The position numbers and the translations under genes were made by a program. From Malacoraja senta (taxonomy: Eukaryota): 64,000 nucleotides of DNA. Position 1 is the first letter of the stretch; each line of letters starts with the position of its first letter. Of the stretch, positions 62,629-64,000 are shown in pieces. The DNA is taken from contig CM075995.1 of assembly GCA_038087875.1 (NCBI GenBank), positions 3,598,001 to 3,662,000 on the forward strand, given 5' to 3'. The notes beneath the pieces are model-generated. The model did no database searches, had not been told where the DNA came from, and saw only the letters and a list, made by a program, of their open reading frames with translations.

Positions 62629-63274
62629 TCTGCGCCTTGTTCTTTCATAGTCGTCCTCTGCAATGGTCTAAAGCCAACACGGTGGCTCCATGCCACACCA
62701 CATTTGCCTAGCAAACCACTGGGAAAACTTAACGTCAGTGAATTTTACAGTCTAGCTGAGCTCTAAAGTCGACCTATCTGCAGTAAATATCCTGCTGTAA
62801 AGTTGTGGGGTGATAAATGTACACCGCTCCAGCTGGTCTGAATGGCTCTGCCTGTGTCTTTGGGGACAAGAGTCTCCTGCTGACAGTAGCATTACTGCAA
62901 TTACTATTCATTTTCATAATAACGTGAATCTGGCACATTTACAATAACTCAGAGTCCCATTTCGCTCTTTGATCCAGCCACAGTGGCTAATGGGGACCAA
63001 ATGACACCAGATTTCATTTACCATCATTAGCAAGAGTTTTTTAAGAAAGCTAAATGGAAGATTATCATCAAAAATTCCTGAAGCAGTTTCTCATTTTGAT
63101 GTCCTACAGTACTAGTAGAGATCGCACACCATCTCACCAAGATGGTACAGACTGTGGGGAGAGAAAGGGAGTCTGTAGCATGGACAGGGAATCTCAGTGC
63201 AGCTCTATGAAGCTCTCATATGATTCACTCTGAATGTGGTGGGCGTATGGAAGGAGCTGCCAGAGGATATATTT

Positions 63275-63730
63275 AAAGATAGGCACAAAATTGCTGGAGT
63301 AATTCAGCAGAACAGGCAGCATCTCTGGATAGAAGGAATGGGTGGCGTTTTGGGTCGAGACCCTTCTTCACACTGAGAGTCAGGGGAGAGGGAGACACAG
63401 AGATAAGAAAGTGTAAGGTGTGAGAAGGAGACATCAAAGGGGATGAAGTCCAAGGAAAATGTAGAATAGATAATTGTCAACTAAGAGAAGGTGACAACGA
63501 AGCATACAGAGATAACATTTAATCAGGGGGACTGGTTGGAAAACTAGGAAGGGGGAGGGATGAAGAGAGCAGGGAAGCAAAGGTTAATTGAACTTAGAGA
63601 AGCCAATATTTATAGCGCTGGGATGTAAGCTGCCCAAGTGAAATGCGAGGTGCTGTTCCTCCAATTTGCACTACGAATGGTTAAACTGTTTAGCAACCGG
63701 GAGATGAGGTAGGTTTAGGCGGAGTGAGCA
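63275..63730 (-). mobile_element. Penelope-like 3' fragment
   Basis: Decayed GIY-YIG C-terminus (LEEQHL.FHLGSLHP) plus pLTR. Confidence 0.7.
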
Positions 63731-64000
63731 GAGTTTAGTTACTCCAGCATTTTCTGTCTATCTCCGGAGTAAACCAGCCTCTACAGTTTCTTCCTACACA
63801 GAGGAGGTAGATGAGACAGGTATTATAACAACATTTAACGTACTTTTGGACAGGTACATGGATACAAAAGGTTTAGAGAGATATGGGGCAAGGTCATAGA
63901 GTCATAGAGTGATACAGTGTGGAAACAGGCCCTTCAGCCCAACTTGCCCATACCGGCCAACATGTCCCAGCTACACTCGTCCCACCTGCCAGCACTCGTC

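Overview
Eukaryotic, repeat-saturated non-coding DNA, very probably from a cartilaginous fish (skate/ray/shark), inferred from HE1-like V-SINEs with CR1 (HER1-like) LINE tails. No host protein-coding exon, RNA gene or CRISPR array could be supported. The main structures are: (1) two minus-strand DIRS tyrosine-recombinase retrotransposons (25772-32383 and 37654-42379) with complete ITR/ICR termini. The first has an open YR ORF and an RNase H/methyltransferase ORF, plus nested Penelope and L1 insertions; the Penelope insertion replaced the RT catalytic core. (2) About 20 Penelope-derived pseudo-LTR units carrying minimal hammerhead-ribozyme motifs, often as head-to-head palindromes with TSDs. 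(3) A non-autonomous Helitron inside a CR1 inside a Harbinger-like MITE. (4) hAT-like, Tigger-like and Harbinger-like non-autonomous DNA elements. (5) Bipartite RTE-derived short elements with two alternative 3' ends. (6) Many CR1, Rex1/Babar and V-SINE fragments. (7) A ~4.9 kb near-identical duplication across a 200-N gap that is most likely an assembly artefact. All calls were made by eye from the sequence and ORF track; no database search was run.
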